A stretch of 64,000 bases of DNA from Promethearchaeota archaeon. Lineage in GTDB: Archaea > Asgardarchaeota > Lokiarchaeia > Sigyniarchaeales > SOKP01. How positions within the stretch are numbered: position 1 is the stretch's first letter; each line of letters opens with the position of its first letter. The position numbers were made by a program, and so were the translations under genes. Location of the stretch: NCBI GenBank assembly GCA_048939995.1, contig JBHLOY010000001.1, positions 96,001 through 160,000 of the forward strand. The letters are read 5' to 3'. The notes beneath the pieces are model-generated. The model ran no database searches, was not told the origin of the DNA, and saw nothing but the letters and a program-made list of their open reading frames with translations. Positions 1-11,759 of the stretch are shown one piece after another.

Positions 1-839
1 CTTAATCCAGCTTCTTCTCCTGCAAAAGATACAAGAATGACTTTAGTATTTAAAGGATATATACTTTTATTTTCAACGAGAGATTTTCCTATTCCTATTA
101 GAATAGCAGCTCCCGATAAATTGTCAACAGCTCCAGGAACAGGTTGATAGCTATGAAAAAATATATAAACAAATCCTATTGGAGTAAAAGCTAAAAAAAA
201 AATTCCAAAAGAGAAGAATAAAATCTCGAATTCAAATGTTAAAAATTGAAATATCATTTTGATAATAAGAATAATAAATATTATCGCTACTCCAAAGTAG
301 CCTAAATTAATTATAATTTGCCCAATTCGACCTAAATAATAGAATGTATTAAACTCAAACGCAGAATCATGGTGAGCAGAAAAGATTATGGTATTCTTTA
401 TTTCTTCAGAAGGATTCATAATTCCTATTATATTTTTTGACTTCTTTTTTGGAAAAAGGAAATCAAAAGCTTCATAATATTTCATCACATTTAGAATGAA
501 GTAACAAATTGCTACTGTAACCAGTATAAGCGCAATAATAATGAACAATATACTATAAAATGATTCAATTTGCCAAATATTTATATCAATTAATAATGAA
601 AACCAATATAAAACAATTGCAATCAAAACTGAAATCGCACCATAGCGTATTCCACCAAGAAAAGCATGAGGATGGCTAATATATTCCTCTTGATAAACAT
701 TATCACAGAATTTTTTAAATTCCTCTTCTATTTTATTGCCTGCCATTATTTCTTGTTCTGTTCCAGATTCTCTTGGCCCAATCTCAGTACAGACGTCTTC
801 AATAATTTGATACATATACTTATTTAACTCTTTATTCAT
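1..839 (-). CDS. M28/M20-family metallopeptidase with transmembrane insertions (runs off window start; not in ORF track)
   Basis: Manual translation from ATG 839 (alternative 848): MNKELNKYMYQIIEDVCTEIGPRESGTEQE... then IIFSAHHDSA, PGAVDNLSG, SFAGEEAGL zinc-binding motifs, with hydrophobic segments between. Confidence 0.8.
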   Translation of the reverse strand, partial: MNKELNKYMYQIIEDVCTEIGPRESGTEQEIMAGNKIEEEFKKFCDNVYQEEYISHPHAFLGGIRYGAISVLIAIVLYWFSLLIDINIWQIESFYSILFIIIALILVTVAICYFILNVMKYYEAFDFLFPKKKSKNIIGIMNPSEEIKNTIIFSAHHDSAFEFNTFYYLGRIGQIIINLGYFGVAIIFIILIIKMIFQFLTFEFEILFFSFGIFFLAFTPIGFVYIFFHSYQPVPGAVDNLSGAAILIGIGKSLVENKSIYPLNTKVILVSFAGEEAGL

Positions 840-880
840 TACTATCATCAAGTTTTTCCATCTTTTCCAGAAATTAAAAT

Positions 881-1405
881 TTATTTAATTTTTTTAAAAT
901 TATATTGCTTCTCCTTTTTTTCATTTAGTTCAAATAGATTATTTGAAGTAAATGTTTCAATTATTTCGTTTTCTCTCATATGATGATCATCAAAAGATAA
1001 AATGGAGTCGGGTTTTAAAACGCGAAGAAATTCTTTCAAAATACATTCTTTATCACCAATCCCATGTAATACATCAAAACATATAACTACATCAATAGAA
1101 TTATCCTCAATGTTTGTTTTACAATTAGTTTGAATAGTTTCTATATTGTTTAAATGTTTTTTTTTTGCTTTTTTTTCAACTTTCTCAATTGCCAATGGAT
1201 GAATATCTGCAGCAAATACTTTACCGGAACCTCCAACTTTTTCTGCAGCGACTATTGTATAACTTCCAGGTCCACATCCATAATCAAGTACAAAATTTCC
1301 CGCTTTAATTCCTGCTTTCTCAACTTTTTCTAGGGGAGGATGAAATTTGTCTCGAATTCTAAAAAGAAAGCTCATTCCACGAAAATCTAGATTCAATTTC
1401 TTCAT
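881..1405 (-). CDS. Class I SAM-dependent methyltransferase
   Basis: VLDYGCGPG motif I, AADIH, SIDVVI, RVLKPD. Confidence 0.85.
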   Translation of the reverse strand: MKKLNLDFRGMSFLFRIRDKFHPPLEKVEKAGIKAGNFVLDYGCGPGSYTIVAAEKVGGSGKVFAADIHPLAIEKVEKKAKKKHLNNIETIQTNCKTNIEDNSIDVVICFDVLHGIGDKECILKEFLRVLKPDSILSFDDHHMRENEIIETFTSNNLFELNEKKEKQYNFKKIK

Positions 1406-1512
1406 TTTCTCTCTACTAAAATATTATTTTTTTATAATATTAATTTTAATTTTCAGAGCAAGTGAAAACTCTCCTAGAAAAATATATGAATCTTTGTTTA
1501 ATTAGAAGAAGT

Positions 1513-1953
1513 ATGAACCAAATGGATAAGGTAATTACTTTTTTTAGTCATGGTCATAACTGCTCTCAAACGATACTTAAGGCTTATGGTCCAAAATATG
1601 GTATTAATGAAAATTTAGCATATAAAGTAGCGAGTGCTTTTGGAGGAGGAATTGCGAGAACTGGAAATACATGTGGAGCAGTTACAGGGGCTTTAATGGT
1701 TATAGGTCTAAAGTATAGAAATTTGGATATTGAGGATCAAGAAAATAAAGATTTTACATACGAGGTTGGGAAGACTTTTATTGATCAGTTCAAGAGTATT
1801 AATGGAACAATTATCTGCCGAGAGCTTCTTGGTTGTGATATCAGCACTCTAGAAGGAAGAGATAAAGCTGAAAAAAACAATTTATTCGATGAATTGTGTC
1901 CAAAATTTATTAAAAGTTCTGCAGAAATATTAGAATCTATTTTAGAAGAATAG
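1513..1953 (+). CDS. C_GCAxxG_C_C family putative redox protein
   Basis: NCSQ...FGGGIARTGNTCGAVTG...IICRELLG...LCPKF pattern; ATG 1513 preferred over GTG 1462. Confidence 0.85.
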   Translation: MNQMDKVITFFSHGHNCSQTILKAYGPKYGINENLAYKVASAFGGGIARTGNTCGAVTGALMVIGLKYRNLDIEDQENKDFTYEVGKTFIDQFKSINGTIICRELLGCDISTLEGRDKAEKNNLFDELCPKFIKSSAEILESILEE

Positions 1954-1962
1954 CAAGGAAAA

Positions 1963-2406
1963 ATGAAAAACCTCTCAACTGATTTAATAAAACAAGTTAA
2001 GGATTTATATTCTGAGTACGATGCTAAGGAAAAAGTTGGAATATGCTTCAAGCTTCAACGAGAGAAAAATCCTTTAGATATTATTGGAGTATTAGAATTC
2101 CTAAAATATAAATTGAAATTATGGGGTAATTCAAATTTATTCTATTATCAAGGAAAACTCTTTCTTGACGATTATATTCTTGTTGTGGGATCAAATTATT
2201 TACAAGAAGCAAAGGACATTATAATGTTTATCTTTCTTAAAGAAATCTTAGAAAAAGAAGATTTTAGCATTTTAGAATATTTAAAAAATAATCTTAAGGA
2301 CTATTTAGATAAAGAAATATCTAAAGGTTTAGTTAAAGGATATCCCAATGATTCTAAGTTGGAAAAAGAAATTATTAATCATATTAAAGAATTGATAAAT
2401 GATTGA
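1963..2406 (+). CDS. Hypothetical protein
   Basis: 147-aa ORF tightly packed in a + strand run. Confidence 0.6.
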   Translation: MKNLSTDLIKQVKDLYSEYDAKEKVGICFKLQREKNPLDIIGVLEFLKYKLKLWGNSNLFYYQGKLFLDDYILVVGSNYLQEAKDIIMFIFLKEILEKEDFSILEYLKNNLKDYLDKEISKGLVKGYPNDSKLEKEIINHIKELIND

Positions 2407-2424
2407 AAATATTTCTTATAAAAA

Positions 2425-3279
2425 ATGAATCTCAACATTAAAGAATTAAAAGAAACAGATATCACAAAAGGAATAGAAGTTGTCTATTCATCTTTTGGTA
2501 GAAACATCACCAAGAATCAAATAATTGATGAAAAACGAAATTGGAAGAAGATGATGAAACAAAATTTCGGGAAATTTATCGTTTCTGAAGTAAATGAGAA
2601 TATAGTTGGTATCGGTGGTGTGTTTTTTTTTGGGAATGTATGTAGTTTTGGTTATATGGCTGTATTACATAATTATAGATGGAAAGGATTAGGAACCAAA
2701 ATTTTCGGAAAACTATTTGAAACGGCAATTGATGTGGGATGTAAGAAGATGATTCTTTATGCTTCACCGTTAGGAGAACCAATATATAGAAAATTTGGAT
2801 TTATAAAATCATACTATGGTTCAATGTATAATTTACCAAAAACTATCCCAAATTTAGATTCTACAGATAAAAAAGTTAAATTTTTGAATCATCTTCCGAA
2901 TTGGCTTTTAGATCTTGATAAAGAAGCTACAGGGTTTGACAGGAAGGAATATTTAAAATTGTTGATAGATTTAGGTTCGAAAGTTTTTGTTATTGAAAAA
3001 GAAGCTTTTGGGTTTTTATCAAAAGTGTTAGACAATTTACGACTGGGGCCATTAATATCAAAGAGTTTGGATCCTGCCTTAAAGATTATGGCGAAAAGTA
3101 TAGAATTACAAGCTAATCAGATTATTTTAACAGAACATAATAAACTTCCTAAAGAGATATTTGATGTAATTAACTTAACGAGGGTTGAAAATGGATCAAA
3201 TTTGAGAATGATATATGGTGATAAGATATTAGAAAGCTTGGATTTAGTATATGCAACTGCTACTTTTGCTAAAACATAG
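2425..3279 (+). CDS. GNAT N-acetyltransferase (YitH-like C-terminal domain)
   Basis: YMAVLHNYRWKGLGT acetyl-CoA motif; ASPLGEPIYRKFGF; LRLGPL. Confidence 0.8.
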   Translation: MNLNIKELKETDITKGIEVVYSSFGRNITKNQIIDEKRNWKKMMKQNFGKFIVSEVNENIVGIGGVFFFGNVCSFGYMAVLHNYRWKGLGTKIFGKLFETAIDVGCKKMILYASPLGEPIYRKFGFIKSYYGSMYNLPKTIPNLDSTDKKVKFLNHLPNWLLDLDKEATGFDRKEYLKLLIDLGSKVFVIEKEAFGFLSKVLDNLRLGPLISKSLDPALKIMAKSIELQANQIILTEHNKLPKEIFDVINLTRVENGSNLRMIYGDKILESLDLVYATATFAKT

Positions 3280-3287
3280 TTTTTAAG

Positions 3288-3920
3288 GTGACATCTATTA
3301 GTAATAAAATTAAATGGAATAATCGGTTAATATTTGTACTTAAAATAATTTGTGTCTTCTTACTAGTTCCGTTTGTTGGTACTCTACTTCATGAATTAGG
3401 ACATTATGCAGTAGCAATATTAAGTGGATATCAAGCTCAAATTCATTTTAATTATACTACATCTACAATTCCTGCCTTTAGCGAACCATTACTCTACTTT
3501 ATTTTTATTTTAGGAGGACCTATTTCAACATGGATGCTGTGTTTAATTCCTTTTGCTATATTATTAATACTATACAATAAAAATAGTAAAAGAGAAATTC
3601 TACACAATCAATTTCTGAATAAAGGTTTTATTGTACTTCTTTTTTTCGTTTCTATGGCTGGGAGGTTCATATTCACTGCAATAACCTATATAATCACCCG
3701 ATCTAATGCAATTGATGAATATAAAATGGCAGATTACTTTAATATATATCCCGAAACATTTTTAATTTTATTTTTAGTTGTAAGTTTAATAATCTTGATA
3801 ATTACAATTTATAAAATTCCCACAAATTATCGTTTATTCACTATCTTAGGAGCTCTTTCTGGTGCTACCGTAGGATACTTACTGTGGAACAATCTTATAG
3901 GCCCTCTTCTATTGCCCTAA
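3288..3920 (+). CDS. Membrane protein with HExxH motif (M50-like zinc metalloprotease)
   Basis: LLHELGHYAVA in a TM helix, LGGPIST, multiple TM segments. Confidence 0.6.
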   Translation: MTSISNKIKWNNRLIFVLKIICVFLLVPFVGTLLHELGHYAVAILSGYQAQIHFNYTTSTIPAFSEPLLYFIFILGGPISTWMLCLIPFAILLILYNKNSKREILHNQFLNKGFIVLLFFVSMAGRFIFTAITYIITRSNAIDEYKMADYFNIYPETFLILFLVVSLIILIITIYKIPTNYRLFTILGALSGATVGYLLWNNLIGPLLLP

Positions 3921-3974
3921 TTTATTATATATTATAAATAAAAAATTTAAAGTTTTTTTAGCCAATATTCAATT

Positions 3975-4244
3975 ATGGTTTCATTAGGGAAAAGAATTAA
4001 TTTAGCTGAAAAAGTTATTTTATTCACGGGTATTTTACTTATTATTTTATCTTTTATCAGTGAATTTAATTTTCACTATTTCCAAGGATTTATGCCTGAT
4101 TTGATAGATTCCGCTATTTTTTGGAGAGCAGAAGCCACTGAAGTGTTTAATTCTATGAGTTTTCTCTTAATAGGGATTAGTTTATTGATAACTGTGTTTT
4201 TAATATCGAGGAAAAGACATAAAGGTAAATTTGAAAATAATTAG
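3975..4244 (+). CDS. Small two-TM membrane protein
   Basis: Two hydrophobic helices, basic C-terminus. Confidence 0.5.
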   Translation: MVSLGKRINLAEKVILFTGILLIILSFISEFNFHYFQGFMPDLIDSAIFWRAEATEVFNSMSFLLIGISLLITVFLISRKRHKGKFENN

Positions 4245-4254
4245 CAGATTTCTT

Positions 4255-5628
<1,374 letters not shown>

Positions 5629-5670
5629 TTATTATTCTTTATCAGCTAAGTATTGTATAAATAAACAATA

Positions 5671-5883
5671 TTGATCACCCTTCATAAGGTGTTACGTGGA
5701 TTTAAGAGAGTTGCTTTAAAACCAAAAGAAACAAAAACCATATCAATTGAAGTAATGAAAAAAGATTTAGCTTGGTACAATCCTAATAATAAAAAATGGG
5801 AAGTTGAGGATATCAAATATACTATTTACGTTGGATCTTCTTCAAATAATGAAGATTTACTCACTACACAGATATCTTTATAA
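5671..5883 (+). pseudogene. Remnant C-terminal Fn3-like domain of a GH3 beta-glucosidase
   Basis: KVLRGFKRVALKPKETKTISI...DLAWYN...WEVE..YTIYVGSSS matches the GH3 Fn3-like tail; no catalytic domain upstream. Confidence 0.7.
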
Positions 5884-5921
5884 TGAAATAATTTTACTTC
5901 TCATTTATTTTTACAAAGAAG

Positions 5922-6320
5922 TCATTTTAAGGGAGGAGGTCCTTTTTTAATGCGAGCTTTGATTTTATTCAAATCAGGTGTAGTCCAGTTTGATTCGATC
6001 CACCAAGTAGCTCCAGCTTCAGCAAAAGGTCTAATAATTGATTCTGTGGTGCCTAAATCATCCATCAGTGTTTCGCCTTCAACGATTATGTCAAATGGTG
6101 AGTCTACAGTCCGATTCTTTTTAATATAATCTTTTATTTCTCGTATACATTCTGGCGTAATATCCTCGAACTTGCCTTGTTTGTATTTAATCGTAGGAAT
6201 TAATCCATCATATTTCAATGCTCGTTGCATGGATTTATTATAAGGTCACGCACCTACCACCCAAATTGGTATTCTTGGATTTTGAATTGAATTTGGAGGG
6301 GGATGTCGCTTAAAGAATTC
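5922..6320 (-). pseudogene. Truncated luciferase-like (LLM) flavin-dependent oxidoreductase
   Basis: PPPNSIQNPRIPIWVVGA*PYNKSMQRALKYDG...AEAGATWWIE; in-frame TGA at 6246-6248, N-terminal part missing. Confidence 0.75.
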
Positions 6321-6378
6321 TCCGCATTATCTTTCCGCTTCTTGTTTTAGGTAAAGCGTCGGCAAATTGAATGACATC
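6310..6378 (-). pseudogene. 22-codon remnant of an acetyl-CoA synthetase C-terminus
   Basis: Translates DVIQFADALPKTRSGKIMRRIL*, against DVVQFADELPKTRSGKIMRRIL in the intact Acs at 23771-25753. Confidence 0.85.
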
Positions 6379-6389
6379 TAAAAAATTAC

Positions 6390-7361
6390 TCAGATATCAT
6401 CTGGTAAAAATAGAATGAATAGACAACAATCATCACCTTTCATCAGAGTTTTCGGTTGTTTAAATCTTACTTTAGGATTCCAAGCAGGATGATCCCACCA
6501 CGCATAGTCTGAGTGGCAATGAATTTCATAGCCGATTTCAGGAAATCCCAACTCGCGCCAAATTTCAGCATATCGACAACCTGTTATTTTATTTACAAAA
6601 CGATTATTCGTTGCTTCTACTGTTTCAATATCTTGTAATCCATATGCTTCATTATTCTCCCATCCTTCTTCATTTATTAATTCTTCCCATTTAGCAAAAT
6701 CTTTTAAACTTTCAGGATTTAGATTAAATCTATCAAATGATTCAAGATCTTCTTTTCTTCTTTCTTCTCTGGACTCTTCTGCCATGTTAAGAACAGCATT
6801 GAAATATACTTCCCACAATTCATCTCTATATTTATTGTAGAGTTTTGGTAATACACGAGCTAACCCCTCAATCTTTCCTTTTAAATGAATTTCATTATGC
6901 TTAATTTTCATTTTCTTTTCATAATCTATAATATAGTTATAGACAAAATCCCAATTACCTTCAAATTCTTTTAGTATAATACTTAAACATCCTAATTCCA
7001 AATGTAGTTCATTATCATCCCATCGATCACCTATTCCTGCGAGAAAATTATACTTCTTTTTTATTTCCTTTATAATTTTAAGACGTTTTGTTTGAGTTTC
7101 TCCTAAATACACATCACCTTCAGGAAATCCTTCTTGATCCAACCATTCTTTTGTGAAATCTATGGTAAAGTTTGGTCTTGCACCAATATACACAATTTTA
7201 TAATGATTTGATAAAGTGTTTAAATAAGTTACACTATTAGGTACCGGTTTATCTTTGAGGATGGCTTCTCGTGTATTAAATTCTAGTGATTCCACTCCAT
7301 AATGATGTCTCTGCCTTGTATCACAAATAGTCCCATCAATAAAAACTAAAATTGATTTCAT
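6390..7361 (-). CDS. HAD-like domain fused to an L-2-amino-thiazoline-4-carboxylate hydrolase-like (V4R-related) domain
   Basis: N-term VFIDGTICD...YIGAR...GIGDRWDD; C-term GCRYAEIW...CHSD...TLMKGDDCC; ATG 7361. Confidence 0.65.
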   Translation of the reverse strand: MKSILVFIDGTICDTRQRHHYGVESLEFNTREAILKDKPVPNSVTYLNTLSNHYKIVYIGARPNFTIDFTKEWLDQEGFPEGDVYLGETQTKRLKIIKEIKKKYNFLAGIGDRWDDNELHLELGCLSIILKEFEGNWDFVYNYIIDYEKKMKIKHNEIHLKGKIEGLARVLPKLYNKYRDELWEVYFNAVLNMAEESREERRKEDLESFDRFNLNPESLKDFAKWEELINEEGWENNEAYGLQDIETVEATNNRFVNKITGCRYAEIWRELGFPEIGYEIHCHSDYAWWDHPAWNPKVRFKQPKTLMKGDDCCLFILFLPDDI

Positions 7362-7476
7362 TAGATCTATATCGATTAACTTTTTAATCAATTTTTCGTT
7401 TTATTAAAGCAATTTCTACAAGAAATGGAAAAAATGAAAAGATTAATATAGCTAATAAAATAGAATTTGTATAAAG

Positions 7477-8913
7477 ATGTCATACAAAGAAAAGATTGTC
7501 AATAAACTAAGAAAGGGTTATTCTCCTATAGAAGTTAGCCCAAAGGATGAGCTTACCTCCACTTTTAAAAATATCTTTAAGCCTATTGTAAATAGAAAAG
7601 ATTTAGACTTTTTTCTTGACCTTTTCGAAACTAATGATGTAATTCTAAGGGCTTGGAGTTTCTTAGGGATATATTATATTTTAAAGGAGATCAAAATTGA
7701 GCAAACAGATAAGCAATTAAGAATTCAAAATATCGTTTTAGAAATCTTAAATGATAAAAGAGAAGTATATTATTACGGGGGTTCAAGTGAGATACACACT
7801 CCTCTAAGAGAACACCATGTTAGGAGAATTTGTGAATTAAATAATACTCTAATCTTAAAACCTGTCCTTGAATATTGCGAATCGTATGAAAGTGAAATAG
7901 ATAATGTTATAGGAGAACTATTAGAAAATATATTAGCTAATTCAACAGATCCAACAATAGAACCGCTGATTCTAAGATATGCTAAAAAAGTTAGTAAAGG
8001 AGACTATAACTTAAAATCTCATATAGTTAAAGCTTTTGAAAAATTAGGTCAATCTGTTGAATTGAAAGAAAAGGGCTCTATCACGGAATTATTTAAGAAT
8101 TTTTTAGTTGAAATTAAAGAGCACAATAAAAATGATCAGGATACTTTGACCAACAAATTACAGCTTGAAAAGAATATTTTTAGAGCGGCAGCTGTATTAG
8201 ATCTCCCTTTTGAAAATGAGACTTTAGATTTTATAAGTTCATTAAAATATCCTTTTGATTCTTTAGAGCAAATCGCTAAAAAATATAAAAATAATGACAA
8301 ATTTAAAACGATTCTTTTAAACAAGTTAGCTGAAAGCAGTAATGCTCGGTTAATAACTGATATTCTCATGGCAATTTTAATATTGAAAGAAAATATTGAT
8401 AACTGGAAGGAATTAATTATTGACAATATGCAAAAATATCAGATTATTGATGGACCACTTATTGTAGAAATGCAAGAAGCTAATCTCTTAAATGAAAACA
8501 TGATAATTAATTTTTTTAACTCCGGAGATAATTGGTGTTTGAATTTTATTCGAGAATTTCTGGTGAACAATTCTGAAATCCTTGATAATTGGCAGAGCTT
8601 AAAAAATGAATTCATAAAAACTTTGGAATTATTCGAGAAAACAGAAAAAAATTTGGAAAAGAAAAAAGAATTAATCTTAAAGCTTATCATAGATTTAAAA
8701 AAAGATGATCTAGTTAAATATTGCCTCGATAATTTTTTATTTTTTAAAGATGAGAATTTAAAGAAATTATCACTCTTTCCAATCCTAAAATTTGGAGAAG
8801 AAAGCTTATTACTCAAACTAAAAGAAGTAATGATAACTGATAAAGAAATCGCAAAATTTGTAAGGAATTTTTGGAACAGATTGGAGAGAAATGAATGGAA
8901 ATTTTTTTATTGA
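7477..8913 (+). CDS. Hypothetical alpha-helical (HEAT-like) protein
   Basis: 478-aa ORF, Leu/Glu/Lys-rich, DVILRAWSFLGI HEAT-like segment. Confidence 0.6.
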   Translation: MSYKEKIVNKLRKGYSPIEVSPKDELTSTFKNIFKPIVNRKDLDFFLDLFETNDVILRAWSFLGIYYILKEIKIEQTDKQLRIQNIVLEILNDKREVYYYGGSSEIHTPLREHHVRRICELNNTLILKPVLEYCESYESEIDNVIGELLENILANSTDPTIEPLILRYAKKVSKGDYNLKSHIVKAFEKLGQSVELKEKGSITELFKNFLVEIKEHNKNDQDTLTNKLQLEKNIFRAAAVLDLPFENETLDFISSLKYPFDSLEQIAKKYKNNDKFKTILLNKLAESSNARLITDILMAILILKENIDNWKELIIDNMQKYQIIDGPLIVEMQEANLLNENMIINFFNSGDNWCLNFIREFLVNNSEILDNWQSLKNEFIKTLELFEKTEKNLEKKKELILKLIIDLKKDDLVKYCLDNFLFFKDENLKKLSLFPILKFGEESLLLKLKEVMITDKEIAKFVRNFWNRLERNEWKFFY

Positions 8914-8915
8914 GT

Positions 8916-9563
8916 TTACTCATGAATAATTAGTATTTCAGGAGTTATTGAAGGATAAAGTATTCCTAATTGTTTCCAAAAGTCAATAAATACCCATTCA
9001 TTCCCTAGTGGATACTGATCTGCTTCATGAGCTTTGCTAAATTGATAATCAAGTCGATTTTCTGAATTGAATTGCACGAAGTAGGGTTCTATAATCTTCT
9101 CTTCAGTATCAAAATAAAAAGCTATTTTTTTAATGTTCCCTTTGAATGATTGCCAATCTCCTTTTTTCTCATATTCCTCTGGATATGAACAAAATTGATC
9201 TACTTGATTACCATTAAAATATACGTAATGATACCAGACGTCAGAATCATATACTTCGATTAAAGAAACAAGGGTTTGTAATTGAATTGACGTAAATTTA
9301 CAGATTTCTTTCTCTTCAAAATGACAATTATTATAAATAACTACAGACCAATTATTTTGCATTGGATAAATTGCTGTCATCGAAATTGGCTGACTGATAA
9401 TATCATGAATATCAAAGTCTTTTTTTTGTTTAGAATCTATCCAATCAGAAAAAGACATAATTCTAGTAACCATATTAGCACGAGCCAAATATGACTTAAT
9501 TGAAGCTGTGATTTCAATTGGAGTCTTATTTTTTACTGCTGAAACAAAAAGAAATAATCCCAT
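8916..9563 (-). CDS. Hypothetical protein
   Basis: 215-aa ORF with normal composition. Confidence 0.6.
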   Translation of the reverse strand: MGLFLFVSAVKNKTPIEITASIKSYLARANMVTRIMSFSDWIDSKQKKDFDIHDIISQPISMTAIYPMQNNWSVVIYNNCHFEEKEICKFTSIQLQTLVSLIEVYDSDVWYHYVYFNGNQVDQFCSYPEEYEKKGDWQSFKGNIKKIAFYFDTEEKIIEPYFVQFNSENRLDYQFSKAHEADQYPLGNEWVFIDFWKQLGILYPSITPEILIIHE

Positions 9564-9654
9564 ACAACTAATTTCTATATACTACTCCAATCTTTTATAA
9601 GTTAACTATTTTAACTTATTCTTCTACTATTCAATCATCAGATAAAATCGAATT

Positions 9655-11679
9655 TTATTTCCTTAATTTTAAAAATCTGGCATTAATAGCAACAATCACC
9701 GTACTTAAAGACATAAGAATGGCTCCAATAGCAGGATTTATTAATATTCCAAGACTAAATAACACTCCTGCAGCTAGAGGAATCGTGAATACGTTATATC
9801 CCGTAGCCCAGATAAGGTTTTGAATCATTTTTTTATAGGTCGCTTTACCAAATCCTATTAAAGAAGTCACATCTTTTGGATTACTATTTACTAAGATTAT
9901 ATCAGCAGTTTCAGCAGCAACATCAGTACCAGATCCAATTGCAATTCCAACATCTGCTTGAGCTAATGCAGGAGCATCATTAATTCCATCACCAGTCATT
10001 GCTACAAATTCACCTTTAGATTGTAGCTCTTTAATTTTTTCTAACTTTTCATGAGGAAGCACTTCAGCATAATATCCATCAAGATTCAACTCCTCTGAGA
10101 CTGTTTTGGCAGTTTTTTCATTGTCTCCTGTTAACATCCAACATTTAATACCCATAGACTTTAATTTCTTAATAGCATCATGAGATTCTTCCCGGATTTG
10201 ATCTGAAAGACTAATAGCACCAATTAACTTATTCTCACCAAGGATTACAAATACAATAGTATCTATTGGACCCCGTCTCATATTTTCAGGGGTAGGAATA
10301 TTCAGTTCATTTAGATAGTTTGGACTAATAACGCTAACCATCTCTCCATTGACAATTCCTTCAACTCCCTTACCTTTAATAGCTTTAAATTCTGTGGGGG
10401 ATTCCAGAGAAAGATTCATGTTGTGTGCTTTTTCAACAATTCCTTTAGCAATTGGATGTTCAGAATTTTGTTCTAACGAAGCAACTATTTGAATAATGTT
10501 CTGTTCGTTATAATTATGATTAAAAGATTGTACAACATTTACACCGAAAGTTCCTTTTGTCAATGTTCCAGTTTTATCAAATACTATAGTGGAAATTTTT
10601 CTAGATGCTTCAAAAGATGTACGATTTCGAATCAATAATCCACTTTTTGCGGAAAGGGAAGTAGAAATTGCAACAACTAATGGAATCGCTAACCCAAGTG
10701 CGTGTGGACAAGTAATAACCATCACAGTAGCCATTCTCTCTATTGAAAAATTAAAAGATTCTCCCAATAACAACCATGTTAGTAATGTAGTAAATCCAAC
10801 AGTCAATGCTATAACAGTGAGCAAAAAGGCAGCTTTATCAGCAAGTCTTTGGGTATTTGATTTAGAGGCCTGTGCGTTTCTCACTAAGTTAATAACTTTT
10901 GATAAATATGAATCTTCTCCTGTACTTTCTACTTGAATCTCAAGAGACCCATCTCCATTAACAGAACCACCAATCACCTTGTCTCCGCTTTCTTTTTCAA
11001 CAGGTACTGATTCTCCTGTTAACATAGACTCATCAATATAGCTCGAACCATTCAGAATTAAGCCATCAGATGGTATTTTCTCACCAGGTCTTATCAAAAC
11101 CTTATCTTGTATTCTTAATTTACTAATCTCAACATCCACAATCTCTCCATCTCTCATTAAATGGGCTGTTGATGGCATTAGTTCCACTAACTTCTCCAAT
11201 GCTCTAGAAGCTCCTAAAACTGATTTCATTTCAATCCAATGCCCTAAAAGCATAATATCTATCAATGTTGCTAATTCCCAGAAAAATGGAGTTCCTTCTA
11301 ATCCTAAAATTGTTGCAGCACTATAAATGTATGCAACAGAAATAGCCACGGCAATCAAAGTCATCATTCCAGGAGCTTTTTTCCTTAATTCATCTATAAT
11401 TCCTTTAAGGAATGGCCATCCACCATAAAAGAAAATGAAAGAAGCCATAATCAGAAGAATATAATCTAAACCAAGAAAGCTAAAACTAAATCCTAGCCAA
11501 CCCTGTATTGTGGGAGATAATATAAGAATGGGAACAGTGACGATTAAAGAAACATAGAATCTTCGTCGAAACTCTTTTATCATCATTCTATGATGAGCGG
11601 ATTGATCTTTATGGCTTTTATGTTCTGTCTTATTCGATACGTGAGTATTATGAGAATGCATTCGATGATTATTTTTCAA
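9655..11679 (-). CDS. copB: CopB-type P1B-3 copper-transporting ATPase
   Basis: His-rich N-terminus, TGES, CPH motif, DKTGTLT, SEHP, GDGIND, YN and MSLST in TM7/8. Confidence 0.93.
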   Translation of the reverse strand: MKNNHRMHSHNTHVSNKTEHKSHKDQSAHHRMMIKEFRRRFYVSLIVTVPILILSPTIQGWLGFSFSFLGLDYILLIMASFIFFYGGWPFLKGIIDELRKKAPGMMTLIAVAISVAYIYSAATILGLEGTPFFWELATLIDIMLLGHWIEMKSVLGASRALEKLVELMPSTAHLMRDGEIVDVEISKLRIQDKVLIRPGEKIPSDGLILNGSSYIDESMLTGESVPVEKESGDKVIGGSVNGDGSLEIQVESTGEDSYLSKVINLVRNAQASKSNTQRLADKAAFLLTVIALTVGFTTLLTWLLLGESFNFSIERMATVMVITCPHALGLAIPLVVAISTSLSAKSGLLIRNRTSFEASRKISTIVFDKTGTLTKGTFGVNVVQSFNHNYNEQNIIQIVASLEQNSEHPIAKGIVEKAHNMNLSLESPTEFKAIKGKGVEGIVNGEMVSVISPNYLNELNIPTPENMRRGPIDTIVFVILGENKLIGAISLSDQIREESHDAIKKLKSMGIKCWMLTGDNEKTAKTVSEELNLDGYYAEVLPHEKLEKIKELQSKGEFVAMTGDGINDAPALAQADVGIAIGSGTDVAAETADIILVNSNPKDVTSLIGFGKATYKKMIQNLIWATGYNVFTIPLAAGVLFSLGILINPAIGAILMSLSTVIVAINARFLKLRK

Positions 11680-11759
11680 TTCTTTTATTAATATACCTTT
11701 TTTAATATTTTAAAAATATTTTATTTATATTTTAGAATTAATTAGATTGAAAAATAGTT

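Noticed and set aside
6246-6248. In-frame TGA as possible selenocysteine or recoding
   Set aside because: The position looks like Trp (TGG>TGA) in LLM proteins, the gene is also 5'-truncated, and TGA is used as a normal stop elsewhere in the window.
9570-9600. GGAGTAGTATATAG (minus strand) resembling half of the copper operator
   Set aside because: Only one arm is present and there is no matching TTTAAATA geometry; could be chance in AT-rich DNA.
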